Shown in pieces: positions 62,420-63,259 of a DNA stretch of 63,259 nt. Made by a program: the position numbers and the translations under genes. The notes beneath the pieces were generated by a model. The model saw only the letters and a list, made by a program, of their open reading frames with translations. It was not told the origin of the DNA and searched no databases. Source of the stretch: an uncultured delta proteobacterium. Its GTDB lineage: Bacteria; Desulfobacterota; WTBG01; CAIYCZ01. The stretch is taken from NCBI GenBank assembly GCA_963803975.1, contig CAWDOY010000040.1:1-63259 (forward strand), written 5' to 3'. Positions within the stretch are counted from its first letter, which is position 1; each line of letters opens with the position of its first letter.

Positions 62420-63145
62420 CTATTTGCGTTGTTCCCCGGCGAATAAAAACTCCTTCAGATACCGCTCGCCCATTCCTCGCCGAAATGATGCTGCAGCGGC
62501 GCGCTGCCGGGATCATAGGTTATATAGTCACAGCGATAGTCCTCCAGATACTGGTCGCCGCAGCAACGGATCGGTGAGCGGCTCCGCCTTTTTAATGCAC
62601 TGGCAAAAGGCCCGGAGGTAATCCCGGAATGCCTCTTCCACGTTCGGTACATACTGCGGGTCGCACCAGCGATAGAGGGCACAGCCTGAGTCATATTTTT
62701 TCGCCCAGTCATGCACTTCCGAGCGTCCGCCCTCGGTCTTGGGTATCCAGGCATATTTTTGAGAAATAGCCTGGAGCGGGGCAATGTATTTCTCCGTGTA
62801 TTCCCTGTCTTTTGCAACGGGGTGCAGATCAAGAACAGCTATTAAAAATTTGCTGGAATAAGCAAAGGTGTAGCCAAACACCGGGAAATCATAATCTTTA
62901 CCCGGCTGCACATGCCGAAGTGCACCAGCATGGAGCCGGCAAAATCCATGGCGCCGATGCGGATGCCGGAGGTCTTGTCGCAGGCCAGCAGCTTCGCGTT
63001 TGAGACAGACGCTTTTATCTTCTTCGCTGGGATATTTAAGGGTAAAGTCCGGATCAAGCGGTGCAACGGCTTCAGCTTCAAAAACCTTCCCCATCTCCTC
63101 CCTCAGAATCTCATTAAACCTGATCGGCAGTGTCTTCTCTTCCAT
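62420..63145 (-). CDS. FDBR-like protein (copy 2 of 2787-3523); several frameshifts
   Basis: Same motifs spread over ORFs 62528/62842/62455. Confidence 0.68.
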
Positions 63146-63259
63146 TCCGCCCTCCTGATGTGAAATACGCGCAGCAACAATGAACCACAAAGAAAAAATT
63201 ATTGCAGCTGATAGCTAACAGCTGTCGGCTCACAGCTTCATACTACTTATTCTCCACCG

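Overview
Bacterial chromosomal window, probably from an anaerobic Desulfobacterota/deltaproteobacterial-type organism. This placement is inferred from the tungsten-type AOR, AcsE-like methyltransferase, TrpB2, iron-sulfur flavoproteins, Sec-type rhodaneses and multiheme cytochrome. The dominant structure is a ~12.4 kb inverted duplication (2673-15078 mirrored by 51115-63259, running off the window end) around a 36 kb unique core. The two arms are diverged in patches and both contain tRNA-Arg(CCG). The inner breakpoint of the left arm sits exactly on a 5'-truncated group II intron remnant. Most notable content: (i) a lipoprotein cytochrome c built from 8 tandem ~93-aa tetraheme modules (~32 CxxCH), next to a CusRS-like two-component pair and bracketed by a direct-repeat copy of its own 3' end; (ii) two distinct ferredoxin-dependent bilin reductase-like genes and an Ig-like + ferrochelatase-like protein, with no heme oxygenase or phytochrome in the window; (iii) two exported rhodaneses with an in-frame UGA and a shared SECIS-like hairpin; (iv) a pair of small leader-like exported proteins. 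Many genes carry 1-2 nt frameshifts, mostly near the window ends and in the tandem repeat, which look like long-read consensus errors. No CRISPR array, rRNA, integrase or intact transposase was seen. All family calls are by-eye motif recognition; no searches were run.
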